Source: Protoeuglena noctilucae
Lineage: Eukaryota
Reading direction: 5' to 3'
Length of the DNA stretch: 64,000 bases
Assembly: GCA_958009085.1 (NCBI GenBank)
Contig: OY253669.1
Coordinates: 992,001 to 1,056,000 of the forward strand
In this document: piece by piece, positions 1-12,400 of the stretch
How the letters are laid out: each line of letters begins with the position of its first letter
How positions within the stretch are numbered: position 1 is the first letter of the stretch
Translations under genes and position numbers: made by a program
Notes under the pieces: generated by a model
Told to the model about the DNA's origin: nothing
What the model saw: the letters and a program-made list of their open reading frames with translations, nothing else
Database searches by the model: none

Positions 1-1797
1 TGGGCAGCAGGGCGCTTTTGGCGGGCAACAGGGCGGCTACGGTGGGCAGCAGGGTGGTTACGGCGGGCAACAGCAGAGTGGTTACGGCGGGCAGCAGGGC
101 GGGTATCAGGATGGGGGTTACCAGCAGACGCAGGGCAGTCCGGCGGTCAATGGCGGCTACGGCGCTACGCAGCCCGCGTCTCAGGTGGGACTTGCTTGAT
201 GCCTTGCCTGAGGCCTGCTGAGACCCACCAGCGGCCGACGAGCTGCGCACGCCATGTGCACATCATAGGACTATGCGCGTTGTAACATCTGCAAATAATG
301 CATTTGATACAGCTCTCATAGCGTTCTCACTCCGTCTCGCAGGCGTACGGCTATGGGGCGAGCCAGGCCCAGGCCCCCAGCTCTCCCTACGCTGCGGCCG
401 CGCCAGCACAGCTCCAGAGGTGACGACCGGGAATGCCGATGCTCACATGGCGCACGCATGCTAGCGTTTGTCTTGCACCCAGCGCAGCCGCGCACCGCAC
501 TGCGCGTTGCGTCTCTCTCCCACCGCAGCACAGCTGTACGATGCCCTCGTCAGTGTTATGCCTTATCGACAGCTGCTCGCTGATCCCCGCAGCGTGCCGT
601 CGATGGCTGGCCGCAACTTCAGCCCGTCGGCTTCGGTGAACGCGGCCCAGGGCCCGGCTGTGCCTTCCGCCCAGGCTCCCGCCGCTGCCCCGACCTCCTT
701 CTCCCGCCACGTGTACAACACGGGCGGCAACTACAACGCGGGCCGCGCGGGGGGCCAGCCGGCACCTGGGGCCCAGGCTGTGCCTGCTTCAGGGGGCTAC
801 GCTATGCAGGGTCGGCCGCAGCAGCAGCCGCAGCTGCAGCAGCAGCCCTCTATGGGCGGATGGGGCGGTGCGGGAGGCATCGGGGCGACGCAGGTGCAGC
901 CCACGGAGCCGAGTGGTGCCATGGGTGGGTGGGGCGCCAACGCGCCAGCGATGGCGACGCCGGCCATGCCCGCGGCAGTGCCCCAGGCGCCCTCGATGAT
1001 GGTACCGGGGCAGGGCATGGCCCCTCCGCAGCCGTCGCAGAGCCCCCAAGGCCCTCCGCCCAACCTCGCGCTCAGGTGAGCCTCACATATGCTGTGGTGA
1101 TAGAGACGACTGGTCTCGGCCTCAGTCATGGGGTCTGGGTCGCGTGTGTACGTCCGCCCCGCATCTCAAATGTGCCGCGGACGCGCTCTGCACCCGCCAC
1201 TCCACCGCCGCCACCCGCAAGCGCACGTGCGGTTGGGTGCACGCTGACACGCATTCCCCGCCACTTCTCTCTGCAGCTCGTTTGATGAGAAGGCTCTTCA
1301 TAACCCCAAGTTCATGGACTTCCTTCGTCCGTTCAAGCGGCTGCTCGAGATGTGCCGCCACAGCGCCACCGTGCAGGGCATGCCAGCGGCGAGGCACAAG
1401 GAGCTTGACGACATCGACAGGTGATTAGTTGCCGTCACGAGAAGTGCACCAGGGTAATGTGGGAATGCGCAACCTGCAGATGGCTGCAAGACTGGCGTTG
1501 GGAACGCGTGAAATTCGCCTGGCACGGGCCCATCCGTCAGTGGGCTCATGCGTCGCCCTCACTGTGCCCACTGTCACCCCTGGTCGCAGGAAGCTGGGGC
1601 AGCAGCTGGTGTGGCAGCTCATGCAGGGGTCGATGCGCCCTGAGATCCAGCAACTCCTATTCGTCCTGGGCTATGCCGTCGAGCGGCAGGAAACGGAGAG
1701 GGTGACGCACTTCGTCACGTCCCTCGTCAAGGGATACTTCGACGAGTGCCCGTGGATCCCGTCGCTCAAGCGCCTCTTTAAGCTCTCCGGGCTCTGA
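1..1797 (+). CDS. Sec31/SRA1 C-terminal-domain protein (5'-partial) with G/Q/Y- and Pro-rich low-complexity regions
   Basis: Inferred exons <1-184, 343-419, 529-1075, 1277-1420, 1590-1797 with GT-AG junctions in phase. The C-terminus (GPPPNLAL...RHKELDDIDRKLGQQLVWQL...YFDECPWIPSLKRLFKL) resembles the Sec31 C-terminal helical (SRA1) domain. No WD40/ACE1 part is visible in the window. Confidence 0.7.
2..125 (+). repeat. Imperfect ~21-bp coding tandem repeat (GGQQGGY-like units)
   Basis: Translates GQQGAFG-GQQGGYG-GQQGGYG-GQQQSGYG-GQQGGYQ; the DNA unit gggcagcagggc/tgg recurs. Confidence 0.8.
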
Positions 1798-1935
1798 GGA
1801 TGCACGCATGGCAGGGCCTCACGGAGCTGTCGCTCCCGTGGCGTGCTGTTTTCACACAGCAAGGGTCGTTAAGGGCTTCCGTGGGGTATCGTTCGCTGGG
1901 TCTTTTGTTAGTTGTGAACTTTCAGAGAATATTAC

Positions 1936-1940
1936 TTACA
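1936..1940 (-). terminator. Candidate TGTAA polyadenylation signal of the PNUTS-like gene
   Basis: TTACA on the + strand, ~115 nt downstream of the minus-strand stop at 2055. Confidence 0.4.
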
Positions 1941-2054
1941 GCCATGGTCTTCAACGGTGGCAGCTCTGACGTCAAGAACACATGCACATCGGCGCAAGCA
2001 GGCAGCGCCACCGCGAGCACATGAGGGCGAATGAGCGTCCCTTCGCATTGATAT

Positions 2055-5000
2055 TCACTGCTTCGCATCGTGAGAGAACAGGCACCGGCTCCCGAAACGG
2101 CACCCCTGCGCAGTGCCGAAGAAGCGGCAAGGCGTGGACACCCGCCGCTCGGGCAAGCTGGGTCGACGCCGCGAGCGGCCCTGGTCCCTCCCGCGCGGGC
2201 TATCCCTCTCCCTGTCCCTATCCCGGTCCCGCTCCCGGTCTCGACCCCTGCCCCGACGATCGTCCCTGCGACCCCAGCCCTCGCCGCCCTCATCCCAGTC
2301 GCGACATGCACCCCATGCGTCCCCCCCGCCACGCCCCCGGTCCCTCGCAAGCCCACCCTCGTCCTCTCGTGCCCCCCAAGCATCTCCCTGCTCGCCCCTG
2401 CCCTCCTCAGAGCCCCACCGGGACCGTTTCCCCAACACCCCCGCACCCGCACCCGGCAATGCACCCCCCAAGCCCTGCTGAGGCTCCGGGTAGGGTGGCT
2501 GCCCCGGCGCCACTACGGCACCGCCCCACGGCTCCCGGCCGAGCGCAGCCTCGAGGGAGGCAAGGGCACCCGTGTCGAGACCGATTGTGCTGGGCGGTCC
2601 CATCGGGGGTGCCGCGGGGGGCCGGGGCTGCATCACGGAGGGCGGCGGGGCGGCGGCGCTCTCCGGGCCCCCGCTCACCGCTGCCAGGATGCCGGCGAGG
2701 TCGCTGGCGCGTGGCAGGGCCGGCGCCGGCGCGCTGGCCGGCTCGGTTGCCTTTCGCAAAATGCTCTCCAAGTCAATGGTGGCTAAGAGCGACTCGGGCC
2801 CCGCGACGACGTCGGCGGGTGCTGTCTGCGGCGCGCTCGCTGGGTAGGGCGCCGCGGCCGGCGCCGGCAGCGGCGTGGGAGGCGGTGGGTCGTCCGGCTC
2901 TGCGGGGTCATCGTCGGCCCTGTGGTTCCAGGTCCGCGCGAGCATCGACCGCTGCGCCTGTTCCAAGCGGTCCAAGGACTCCTCCCCGCGAGCCAGTGGG
3001 AGCGCCAGGAACGCCTCGCCCGCCTCGTACGGCAGCGGCTCCACCCACGAGACCTGCTGGTCCACCATGTCCTCCAGGCGCTCATCCAAGGCGAACTGCT
3101 CGTCTTCGTGCTCCTGCGGGGCGCGGAGGAGCGGCGCGGGGGTGGCGCTGGCGCAGGCAAGCGGGCGGGCGGGAGCGGGGCGGCCCACCGATCCCGCACC
3201 ATGACCCCGCGTAGGCAGCTTGGTGGCCAGGGGGCCCAGGCGTCCCGCCCCCGCGCGCCGCTGGGGCGCCACGCTCACCTTGCGGATGTTGCTGATCATC
3301 TGGAATTCGAGGATGTGCTCGTTCTGCGCCGCCAGCGAGAAGCCCGACGAGACGGTGGCGTTGTTCGCACGCATGCGGGCCTCGGCCAGGGCGGCAGCGT
3401 CCGGGTCGCTCTTGGCGTTGGCCGGCAAGTCGTTTTCTAGGAACAGCCGCGTTGCCACCAGGTCCTCCGTTCGCCCACCCGCCCGTTGGTCGGCCCACGA
3501 CACTGTCTTGTCGCGCTTCCTCTTCCGAGGCGGCCCGTCTGACAGCCTCGCGACGGGCGCGTCCGAGGCCGACGCCTCCGCCCCGAACGCAGAGCCCCCA
3601 CCCTTGGGCGTCCCCGCGCTTTTGCCCCCGGCCCCCGAGAGCCCACCCCAGGGCGACAGCACCGAGTCTTCCTTGGTCTCGCTCAACAGCGCGTTGAACA
3701 AGCCCTTCTGCCCGAATCTCCCCGCGCGCTGTGGCCTCGGTGCACCCTGCGCCGCCCCCGATCCGCCCGTGGGGGTGGTGGCACCCGCCCCGGCAGACAC
3801 GGGGGAGTGCTCGCCACGGGGGCCAGCCACGGCCGCCGAGGTTTCCCTAGCTGCCGGCAGCGAGATGCGCGGCCTCGCCAGGCCCCCTGCCACGTCACGG
3901 CTCGAGCCTTCGGCCGTCACCGAGGCCGCCCTTCCAGGGTCGGCCCTTGGGTCGGCCCCCGCCGCCGGGCGCTGCTCTTGCGAGCGCACGGAGCCATTTT
4001 GCGGTGCAACCGTCGCTGCCGCAGCGCTGCGGGGTGACCCGGACCCCTGGGGTGCAGCGGCCGTTTCAAGCACGGCGGGTCGCTGGGCCGTGGCAGAGAC
4101 GCTGGGGACTGGGTCAATGGGAAGTGTGACCTCTTCGGGGCTAAGCTTGTCCCCTCCTGCAAGCCATACGCCGCCGGTGACTGTCGCTTTTCCCACGTCT
4201 CCCCCCAATTCGGTGCGGGCGCCCGCGCCCTCCACCGCGCCCCTCTGCTCCTCGCCGCCCACCCCGCCACCGCTTTGATGCACCGCCGGCGCCCCAGCCG
4301 CCTGGGAGGCATCGCTGGGACCCGCCTGCGGGTCCGTGACGGTGCTGGTGTGAAATGCCTGCCCTGTCGCCAGAGGCGCCGTTGCGGAAGCCGAGAGCGG
4401 CTGCGGCGATTCCCGTGCGACAACACTGCGTGAAGGCGAGATGGGGAGGCGGTCCTTCGTTGCGCCCGAGGCACGCACAGCTCTTTTGACAAGGCCCAGT
4501 GTGGGTGGCAGTTGCCGGCCAGCAAGCGCCCGTGGCATCCTGTTCGCTGGCGCGCAATACCTGGGCTTATCATCAGAGGCAGCGGCAGCGTCCCGGGGGC
4601 TCGTTGCGGCCCCGGCCCGGGCCTCTGCGGCAGTGTGCTCCGTCGCACTGCGCCCGGCCGCGGGCGCGCCCTCGGTCCTCGTGGCTTTGCCTGCGGGTGA
4701 GCATTGGGTGCAAACATGTTAGTCAAGGGTGCGCGGCGACGAAGGGCGCGCGTCGGTGGTCGGGGCGCGCAAACGCGGCTGCACCATACACGAGCCGTGC
4801 TTCCAGCTCGCCGGGAGCACACGCGCGTTCTGGCCAGTCGCGAGCCTCACCTGCGCTCAGCATAGCCCTCCATTTGTTCACGAGCTTGGCGGCCGCCTCG
4901 CGGCAGCCCTTGTCCTCGACCTTCTGGACCTGCTTGACCGTCACGCCGACTTTGCTGCTCGCGAGCAGTTCCGTTGAGATCGGGAAGCTCAGCACGGACT

Positions 5001-6080
5001 CCAGGGCAGCTGCAAGCAAGGATACGGCGAATGCCTGTCACGCGCAGCAGCAACGGGCCCTCCGGAGCACAGGGCGGCCCACGTACGCCCACACGGTGTC
5101 GCAATGGGCTCCCCTCGACGCGGAGCGCTTCCCTAAACCGACCGGGCGGTTCGAGAAAAAACATTTCACGTATAAGTGCAAGAAAGAAGCGTCTAGACCC
5201 CGGGACGGGGACGAGCGCAACATGCGCGACGTCTCGGGCCCCATCATCCCGTGCGGACGACCTCCTGCGGGCGATTCGGGCAACACACTCACGTTTCAGC
5301 TCCTCCCAGCGCTTCTTTTCGACGAACTCCTCGAGCCACTTCTTGATGATGGGGAGGAAGTGTTCGTGGCGCACGGCTTCTTCCATGACCGCGGCCGAGC
5401 CCTTGGCGGTGCGCTCAAGGATCGTCAGATACACGGCGCGGTACTGGAAGGAGAGCGTGCGCCCCATGTGGCTGATGAGGGCGGGGACCTGGGTGCTGCG
5501 GATCTGCCCATGGTTGTCCAGCAGGTTGCCGAGCTCGGCCTCAAAAGCTGCCGCCTCTCGGGCCTCCTGCACTTTCAGGCATGCTTTCCCCGGCGCAGGG
5601 TTCACGCAGTGCTCGCACGTCCCGCACTTGGGGGGATCCGCCCTGCGCCTCTTCGTCGGCTTGGGCAACTCTGCGTCGAGAGCGGGCGGAAGAACGGTTT
5701 GAATGGATGCAGGATACGGCCGCAGGGGGCTCCGGGGGAGCCTGGGGAGGCCCCGACGTCCCTTGGGAACTGGGCGGGTCCCACGGGAATTGGGCGGCCC
5801 CGGGCGACGTTCGCCGCGAACGCGGCTGCCTTCTCGAGCTTAGGAGGCGCGAATAGGAGCTTTGGCGGCCGGCCGCTCGTTCCGGGCCGCCCGGGGGACG
5901 CGGCAATCGCTTCCCGCCGAGCCGCGGCTCGTGGGTCCGCGATCCGGCGACGCAGGCACGCCCCTCGCCGTCAAAGCTAAACAATGAAGCACGAGGTCGG
6001 GCGTCGGAGCTCAGGGGGCAGGCGAGGCGTCAGATATGCCGAAAGTGCTCACCAGCGCTCATGACGGCCGCCGCGACCAT
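2055..6080 (-). CDS. PNUTS/PPP1R10-like PP1 nuclear regulatory subunit (mono-CXXC + TFIIS N-terminal domain + RVxF-type motif + C-terminal CCCH)
   Basis: TFIIS-N-like segment FPISTELLASSKVGVTVKQV...AAKLVNKWR (~4860-5010); KRKRDKTVSWAD PP1-docking motif (KTVSW 3495-3509); RD/RG-rich stretch; terminal CRFFGTAQGCRFGSRCLFSH CCCH finger; CGTCEHCVNPAPGKAC at 5579-5626. Exons upstream of ~5670 and the start codon are uncertain. Confidence 0.75.
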
Positions 6081-6527
6081 GGAGGAGTCACTCCACGTCT
6101 CGAAGGAAGATGGACAATCTGCTGAGCGACGAGCTGGGCCCTGCGTGCGACCGAATCGCGCACTGTGCTCCACGGGCACCGAGGGGCCACCCAGGGCGTG
6201 CCGCAAAGCTTCTCCACTCCTTGGGAGTTGCAGACTCGACTGAAGAGCTTCGTTTCGCTTCGCCTGCGGCTGGATGCTGCTTTCTCCTCGGCCCACGCCC
6301 GGTCGAAGCGCTGCGTCCGAGCAGCGCGAATTTGTGGGTGGTGGTGAAGATGTGACGCGATTCCGTCCGCAGCGGGGGTCACGCGCGGACTTTCATCGGG
6401 CTCGCGCGAAACTGCCAGTTTTGGCGTCGGAAACAGCAGCATTGCAAGAGCCCCCTCGGTGGGCTCGCCGGTGTGGAGGTACGTCTTGAGGCCGCCACCC
6501 CGACGACGACCGCCACCCCGCCCGCCC

Positions 6528-7540
6528 CTACTTCGCCATGCCGCCGGGCTTGAAGTAGTGGGGCTCGCTCCCGGGTGCCCACTTGATGTTGCACCCGATG
6601 CTGCCGGGCGCCTGCGGCACGTCCCGGCCCTCCACGAGCGCGTCCAGGGCCGCGCGGATGTCGCTGGCGGTGATGGGGACGGGGTTGGGCCCCGCGTACT
6701 TCCCCGGTCGAGACGCGTCCCAGCGCCTGCGTCGCACGACCAAGCCCTCGTTGAAGTGGCCATGCCTTCGCCCCTCGCCTTCCAAACCCACCCGCCTGTG
6801 CATCACCCCGGCTCACCCGTGGTAGACCAGCTTGTCGCTGGTGTCGAAGACGTAAAACTCGGGGGTGCACGCCGCCTTATAATCCTTTGCCACCGCCTGG
6901 GGCCGATGTCGCATGGAGCAGCGTTCGCGTCGCCGTGACCAGTGCTGGCAGCCATGGCAGCCAAGCTAAGACCTCGCCTGCGTCTCGTCGAAGAGGTAAG
7001 GGAAGGGGTACCCCGCGGCGGTGGCATCCCGCGCCATCTCGTCGGGGCCGTCCTGGGGGTGCGTCACCGTCGAGTTGGAAGAGATGGCGACGAAGCCGAC
7101 GCCCTTCGCCAAGTATTCCTGCGGGCGAGCGACACCAGCAAGTCCAGCCCTGGCATGGGCCCAGCAATGTCACGGGTCCTGGGTGCTGCCCACCTTGGCC
7201 ACAACAGCGATGGAAGCCTTCAAGTGGATGACGAAGGGGCAGTGGTTGCAGATAAACATGACGACCGTGCCCTTGGCACCCCGCACGTCCTCGTACGAGA
7301 CCGTCTTGCCCGTCAATGGCTCCCGCAGAGCAAACGACGGGGCCTGGGATCACGGGGGCACCTCGCTGTCGGCGAGCGATATCTCGCGGCGCACCACCTG
7401 CTGCACGACGCTCCATCGCCGTTAATGTCGAATGGGGGGTCGCGATGCGCCTCCGCCCGTCTCCCCGCGCTTGGAATACTCTGCGCATTCCTCACCTTCT
7501 CCCCGACGCGCAAAATGTATTCGCTCTCCGTCAGCACCAT
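6528..7540 (-). CDS. Thioredoxin-fold AhpC/TSA-like family protein
   Basis: Five exons: MVLTESEYILRVGEK|APSFALREPLTGK...VMFICNHCPFVIHLK...|...AISSNSTVTHPQDGPDEM...YPFPYLFDETQ|AVAKDYKAACTPEFYVFD...YHG|RWDASRP...SIGCNIKW. CNHC and SIGCNIKW motifs are typical of the family. Confidence 0.9.
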
Positions 7541-7875
7541 CGCGCGGACGTTCCGCTTGAAAACCGCAAAGCCACGGGGGTGGATTGGGGGACCAGATCG
7601 GATCCCGATCGTCTGTGTCCTCGCAGGCGCTTGGGCAGCGTGGCGCGGCGCCGTGGCAAGCATGGGGTCGCAGCCAATACCCTAACGGCAAGCTTAGAGG
7701 AGCTATATATCTGCCGAGGTAGCCGCGGGGAATTGGATTCGTCCCCCTTCCTGCAAATCTCCTGGCGCGATGTCAGGCACTTACAGCTCCCCAGGCGTCA
7801 TTCCCCAGGACCCCGGGACGCCGGGAAGGATTGAGTGGGAACCCTGATGTCCGCTCCGCAGGTTGGCAGCGGCCC

Positions 7876-9248
7876 ATGCGCTTCCTAGCGTCCGCCACAG
7901 TCCGCCTTCAGGGACGGGCGCAGGCTTTAAAGGATGCTGCTTGGATCTGTCGGTCCGTGGCGTCGTCGGCCGACGCATGGAGCTCTGAGGATGCCGCTGT
8001 ATCCCTTTACGCGCGGGCGGAGGCCCGGGCCAACGCCAGGTGCCCTGGCCACGCCCGCGCTGTGCCTGGCGTGCCTCCTGTCCGCTCCTGAGAGCGCCCT
8101 CACCCTCGTGCGCTCTCTTCGTCGCGCAGTCATGTTACGCTCCAAGCACGGGTGGCCGGCGTGAGCTTCGAGGGTCGCCAGGACGTGGTCCGGGCCCTGC
8201 GACCGACGCAGCGGCTCCTCCTGCACACCGAGCCACAGAACCCCTACGACCCGCGCGCCGTCGCGGTCTTCACCCTCAGCGGCCAGCAGGTCGGATACCT
8301 TCCCGCGGACGTGGCGCCCACGGTGCCCTTCCCCGAGTGCTTTGGGGAGGTCCTCTCGGTGGGTCAGGCAGAGGAGGGCGCACCCTGGGGGGCCATCATC
8401 GCCGTGCCGACGCTCTTGGTGCCCGTGACGGCCGACGCCGTCGTCGAGGACAGCCTGGTCGCCCAAGGTGCGCAGATCCCAGGCGCAATCGCTCCGCCGG
8501 TAAGCAGCCGCCCCACAAGCCCAGGCTCCATGTTTCCAGCCACGCACCCCATCCCCATCTCGCACTTCCCGCAGCGGTCGCGGACCTGAAGGCATTCGTG
8601 AGCCCAGAGGCGTGGTCGGCCCTGGAGGGCGAGGTCGCCTCAGCTGCCATGCATGCCTGCCAGGTGTGCGGAGCGCCGGGGCCGGAGTCCCCGGCCGCGT
8701 CCGCCGCCACGCACGAGGAGACGGGGTTCCTGTCCAGCCGGCGCGGCCCCTCCACGGGCGACCCCCGCCGCCCAAGCGCCCTCCGTAGCGTCCGGCCAAG
8801 GGGCCACGTGATACCTGCCGTGGACGGCGTCGTGCGAGGGCGCTTCGGCGCGTCTCCCTTATGGCAGTTCTACCCGGTGCTCGCCTCGACCGGCCAGAGC
8901 CCGTCCGACGCGCCCCCTGCCGCGCGGGAGTACCGTGCCACGCTGGTGGACGTGCGCTGGGCCTGCCAGTGCTGCCTGCGGTCCCGCGCCGCGCTGTCGG
9001 CGGCGGTGCGCGAGGTGGCCGCGGGCGCCGCGTCGATCGAGCCCACCCCGGAGCTCGACTTTGCCGCGGACATGAACGGATGGACCGAGGAGGAGGTGGG
9101 GCAGTACGTCTGGGCCAAGGCGCGGTGGCTGTCGGGCGCGAACGCGCTGTGGCCGCACGCCGCGCGCGCTCCGTGGCGGGCGGACCTGGGGTGGCTGGGG
9201 GCAAGGGGCTACGAGCATGCCGTGCCCACGGACGCTGTGGTCAGCTGA
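7876..9248 (+). CDS. HIRAN domain + degenerate HNH-like zinc-binding domain protein
   Basis: Exons ~7876-8039, 8130-8467, 8575-9248 in phase. HIRAN motifs VAGVSFEGRQ...EPQNPYDPRAVAV...VGYLP. C-terminal part has CQVC (8658-8669), HEE, CQCC (8964-8975), NGWT and WRADLGWL. The start codon is uncertain. Confidence 0.7.
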
Positions 9249-9426
9249 ACTGAGCAGTTGGTGCAGATATCGATATGTATTCATGTCACACTCCATTTCG
9301 AATGCATTCGTATTGTTTCAGGTCCATTGGGGGCGCAGGTAGCTTCATGCACACACACGCCACTATCGCATCCACAACGGCAGCTGCAGCCGTCCATTGA
9401 ATAGAGAAGAGAGTCCGCTTCCTCTC

Positions 9427-12400
9427 TTACGCCTGGCTCAGGTACGCGCGGTACTTCTCCCGCCAGCTGGAGAACTTGGCGAGCGGGGGCGGTCCGAGGG
9501 GCACGGCCGCGGCCCCACTGCGAGCTGGCGATGGGGATGCTCTCAGCAAGTCGCAGACCAGCTTTTCCAAAAAAAGACACGGCATCGTTGCTGCCTGCCA
9601 GGGTGTGCCGTGCCCCATCGTCTCACCTGGGCGAAGTCGTACTTGGCTGCAGCGGGTCGTGGCGCCAAGGCCCGGACTGCAGCGTGCTCATCAGCAGCAC
9701 CTCCAGCTCCAACGGAGTGGGGACGCCCCACGGAAACTTGCCGCCGCCTGTCGCAAACGCCGGGTCACTGGCAGCGGCCGCGCCAGACACCGTCGGCCCT
9801 CCTGCCTCCGCCGTGCCTGCACCCCGAGACACGTCCCCACCCTGCCGCTCAGGCACAGCGCCTGCGCCCGGCATGCCGCCGGGTACGGAGCGACCCTCCG
9901 AGGGGCCAGGAGCCGCAGCTGGGCTCCCTGCCAGCCCGTGCGACCCCGCCCCTTCCCTGCGCCCCTGCGGTGCGCCTGTAGGAGGGGCACGAGCGCCGGC
10001 GGGCTCCGTCGCACTCGCGGCCGTCGGTGGCGAGGCCGGCATTTGCCTGGCGCCCTCCTGCACGTGGGGGTGAGCATACCCCGCATGCAGCGTGGGTGGT
10101 GCGGGCGGTGGCGTGGGACCCAGGGATCCGACGAACACGTGCGGGACGAACGCACCCCCGCACGATAGGCACCGGTGGCAGCTGCAGAAGCCCAGCAGGT
10201 GCTGCCTCGTGGGCTCCATGCTTTGCCCCACGCCTGGCGACGGTCCCTGGGATGACGGACCCGCAGATGTGGGACCCGCCCGGTCCGCAGCGGCTGCCGA
10301 GCTCGCGCTCGCGTGTGCCGCGCCCGATTCCCCGCCCGGGACGGCGCCGCGGGCGGACGGAGGCGGCTTGGCTGCGCCAGGCCCTGCCTGGCGAGGTGGT
10401 TCAGCCCCACTGCCAACCCCGCGCTCCCCCACCCCATGTGCATTCCGCCCCGCCTCGCCAGACCCCGCAATGCCTTCCTCTCCAGTCTTTCCAACGGGAG
10501 TCTCCCATGCCGCCCTGTACCCCGCCGTAGGTGGCGTCACGACGGGCAAGCTCGCCTTCACGCCCGCCTCGGTCTGCGGGGTCCCACGGCGCGCACCGAC
10601 ACCGCCCCAGACCGGCGGCGTGACGGGGGTCCCCTTGGGCACCCCATGGGCCCTCAGGCTAGCCCCGCTCGCGTCCCTGCCGCCCTCGCGCGCCCCCCCT
10701 GCGCCGAACCCGCTTGGGCCCCTCGCCTGCCAGGCATCTTGGGCCGCGTGGCCCGTCTGCCCGACAGGGGCGAACGCTGGACCGCTTGCTTCCCAGCGCC
10801 TCTCCCCCACCAGACGACCCCCGGCTGTCTCGTTCGCCCCTCCCAGCCCCCACTGTCGTACCTCCTCCATCAGCCTCCTCGTCGCCTCCTGCAAATCACC
10901 CAGGCCCCCGCGCCCTGCACCCATCACCCCCGCCTCAGGCACGCTAGGTCGCTTCGGACCCGCGGGCGGCCTCCTCTCCGGCCCCTCAGCACCAGCGCTT
11001 GGCTGTGCCTGACCCTCGTGAGTCGTCAGCGGGGAGCACGGCACCTCGCGATCTACGCCCCCCGCAGCCCTCCCATCCCCATGGCTCCAGCCCCGTTCAG
11101 AGTTTGGCACCCCAGGGCCGTCTTCCTCCTCACGATCCGCCCCCGCCGCCTCCGCCTCTGCGAGGCCCGGGTGGCTGCCCAGCGGGCGCTCCGCAGACAT
11201 GAAGAGCGTACGCGGCACCCCAATGCGTGGCGTCCGCGCAGAAACGTCGCTTCCGTCTCCGTGCAGCCCGCTCCACTCCGACCCACTGCCGCCCCGCTCC
11301 TTCCTGCCGGCCCCATGAGGACTCCAGTCACTGCGCCGCGACGCACGGGAGCCCACCCCAGCCCCGGAAGGGTCGCCGGAGGTCGCCAACGACGCGCTCG
11401 GCTGCGCGTTCGCTGCCACCCCGGCGGCCCCCGCAACAGAGGCGGCCCTCGGCGCTGCGGGGCTGCCGCGGTGGGTGCGTGCGAGGGGCCGCGTGGAGCT
11501 GACTCGGGCGCTGGCGGCGCTGTGGATCCTCTCGTCGATCGCCCACACGATGGGCGAGAGGCCCGGGCTGAGGTCCAGGTCGGCTGCAGCCCGGCCGCCT
11601 GGGCCCCTGTCGGGGCTCAGTGGTGCCCCGACGGAGCCCCACGGGGACGTGCCGGGCGGGGTGCAGGGCGTGGTACACGCGGGGCCCAGCGGCGCCCGCT
11701 GCGGCGAGGTCGGGGGCGTGCGCGAGGCGCTGTCCGCGCCACCCCGGAAGCGCTTGGCCGGCGTGCCGTGGAAAGCCTCGCCTTGGGCAGGGGCGCCGTC
11801 CACGTTGCCGTCCCGCCAGTGGCGCTTCTGGGCGGACCCGTGCGCGTGCCCCTCCCCGGCGCCGCCGCCACCTCCAGGCCCTCGGCTCCAGTCCTGCCGG
11901 GCGCCCCAGCCGCCCGCTGCGCTTGCGGGGCGATCCCTGCCCAGCGTCCCTCCCGCCCCGTGCCCCGTCCATGCCAGATCCCCGTCGAGGATCTCTCGCG
12001 GCATGTCATCCTCCGACTCTGTGGACCACGTCGGGGACCCCGGGGACCGAGGGCGCCGCGTTGTGCTGGGCGGGGCAGCCGAAGGCCCAACGACGGGGTC
12101 GGCGAGGAGAGGGGGCGCCTCCACACGCGAGAGAGGCTGCAGGACGGACTGCGCATTGAGAGGCCCTTCGAGGTTGTTGGGGCCCGGTGGCGACCCGACA
12201 CGGCTGCCAGCGACGTTTGCAGGCAGCGGGGGGTGCCGGTCCGGGCTGACGGCGGCGACGTGGCCGCCCCAGCCGCTGAGCGTGGGTGCGGGCGCCAGGT
12301 ACGGAGTCGGGCGGCTGTCCACGCCGCCTGCATCGGCACGCAGGGGACTCCCGGACCGGGAGGGCCCCGCCCGCCCAGCGCCATTGTCCTCCCTTCCTGC

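Noticed and set aside
5670..6050. Possible GAG-type acceptors in the 5' exons of the PNUTS-like gene
   Set aside because: They would restore frame, but there is no conserved protein sequence to pin them; unresolved without cDNA.
7876..9248. HIRAN-HNH gene as part of an endogenous giant-virus insertion
   Set aside because: It has introns and host-like composition and is flanked by ordinary eukaryotic genes; no viral hallmark genes are nearby.
11735..11760. KRFRGG in the orphan gene as another ubiquitin-tail motif
   Set aside because: It lacks the Leu of LRGG and fits a basic NLS/CDK site (TPAKRFR) better.
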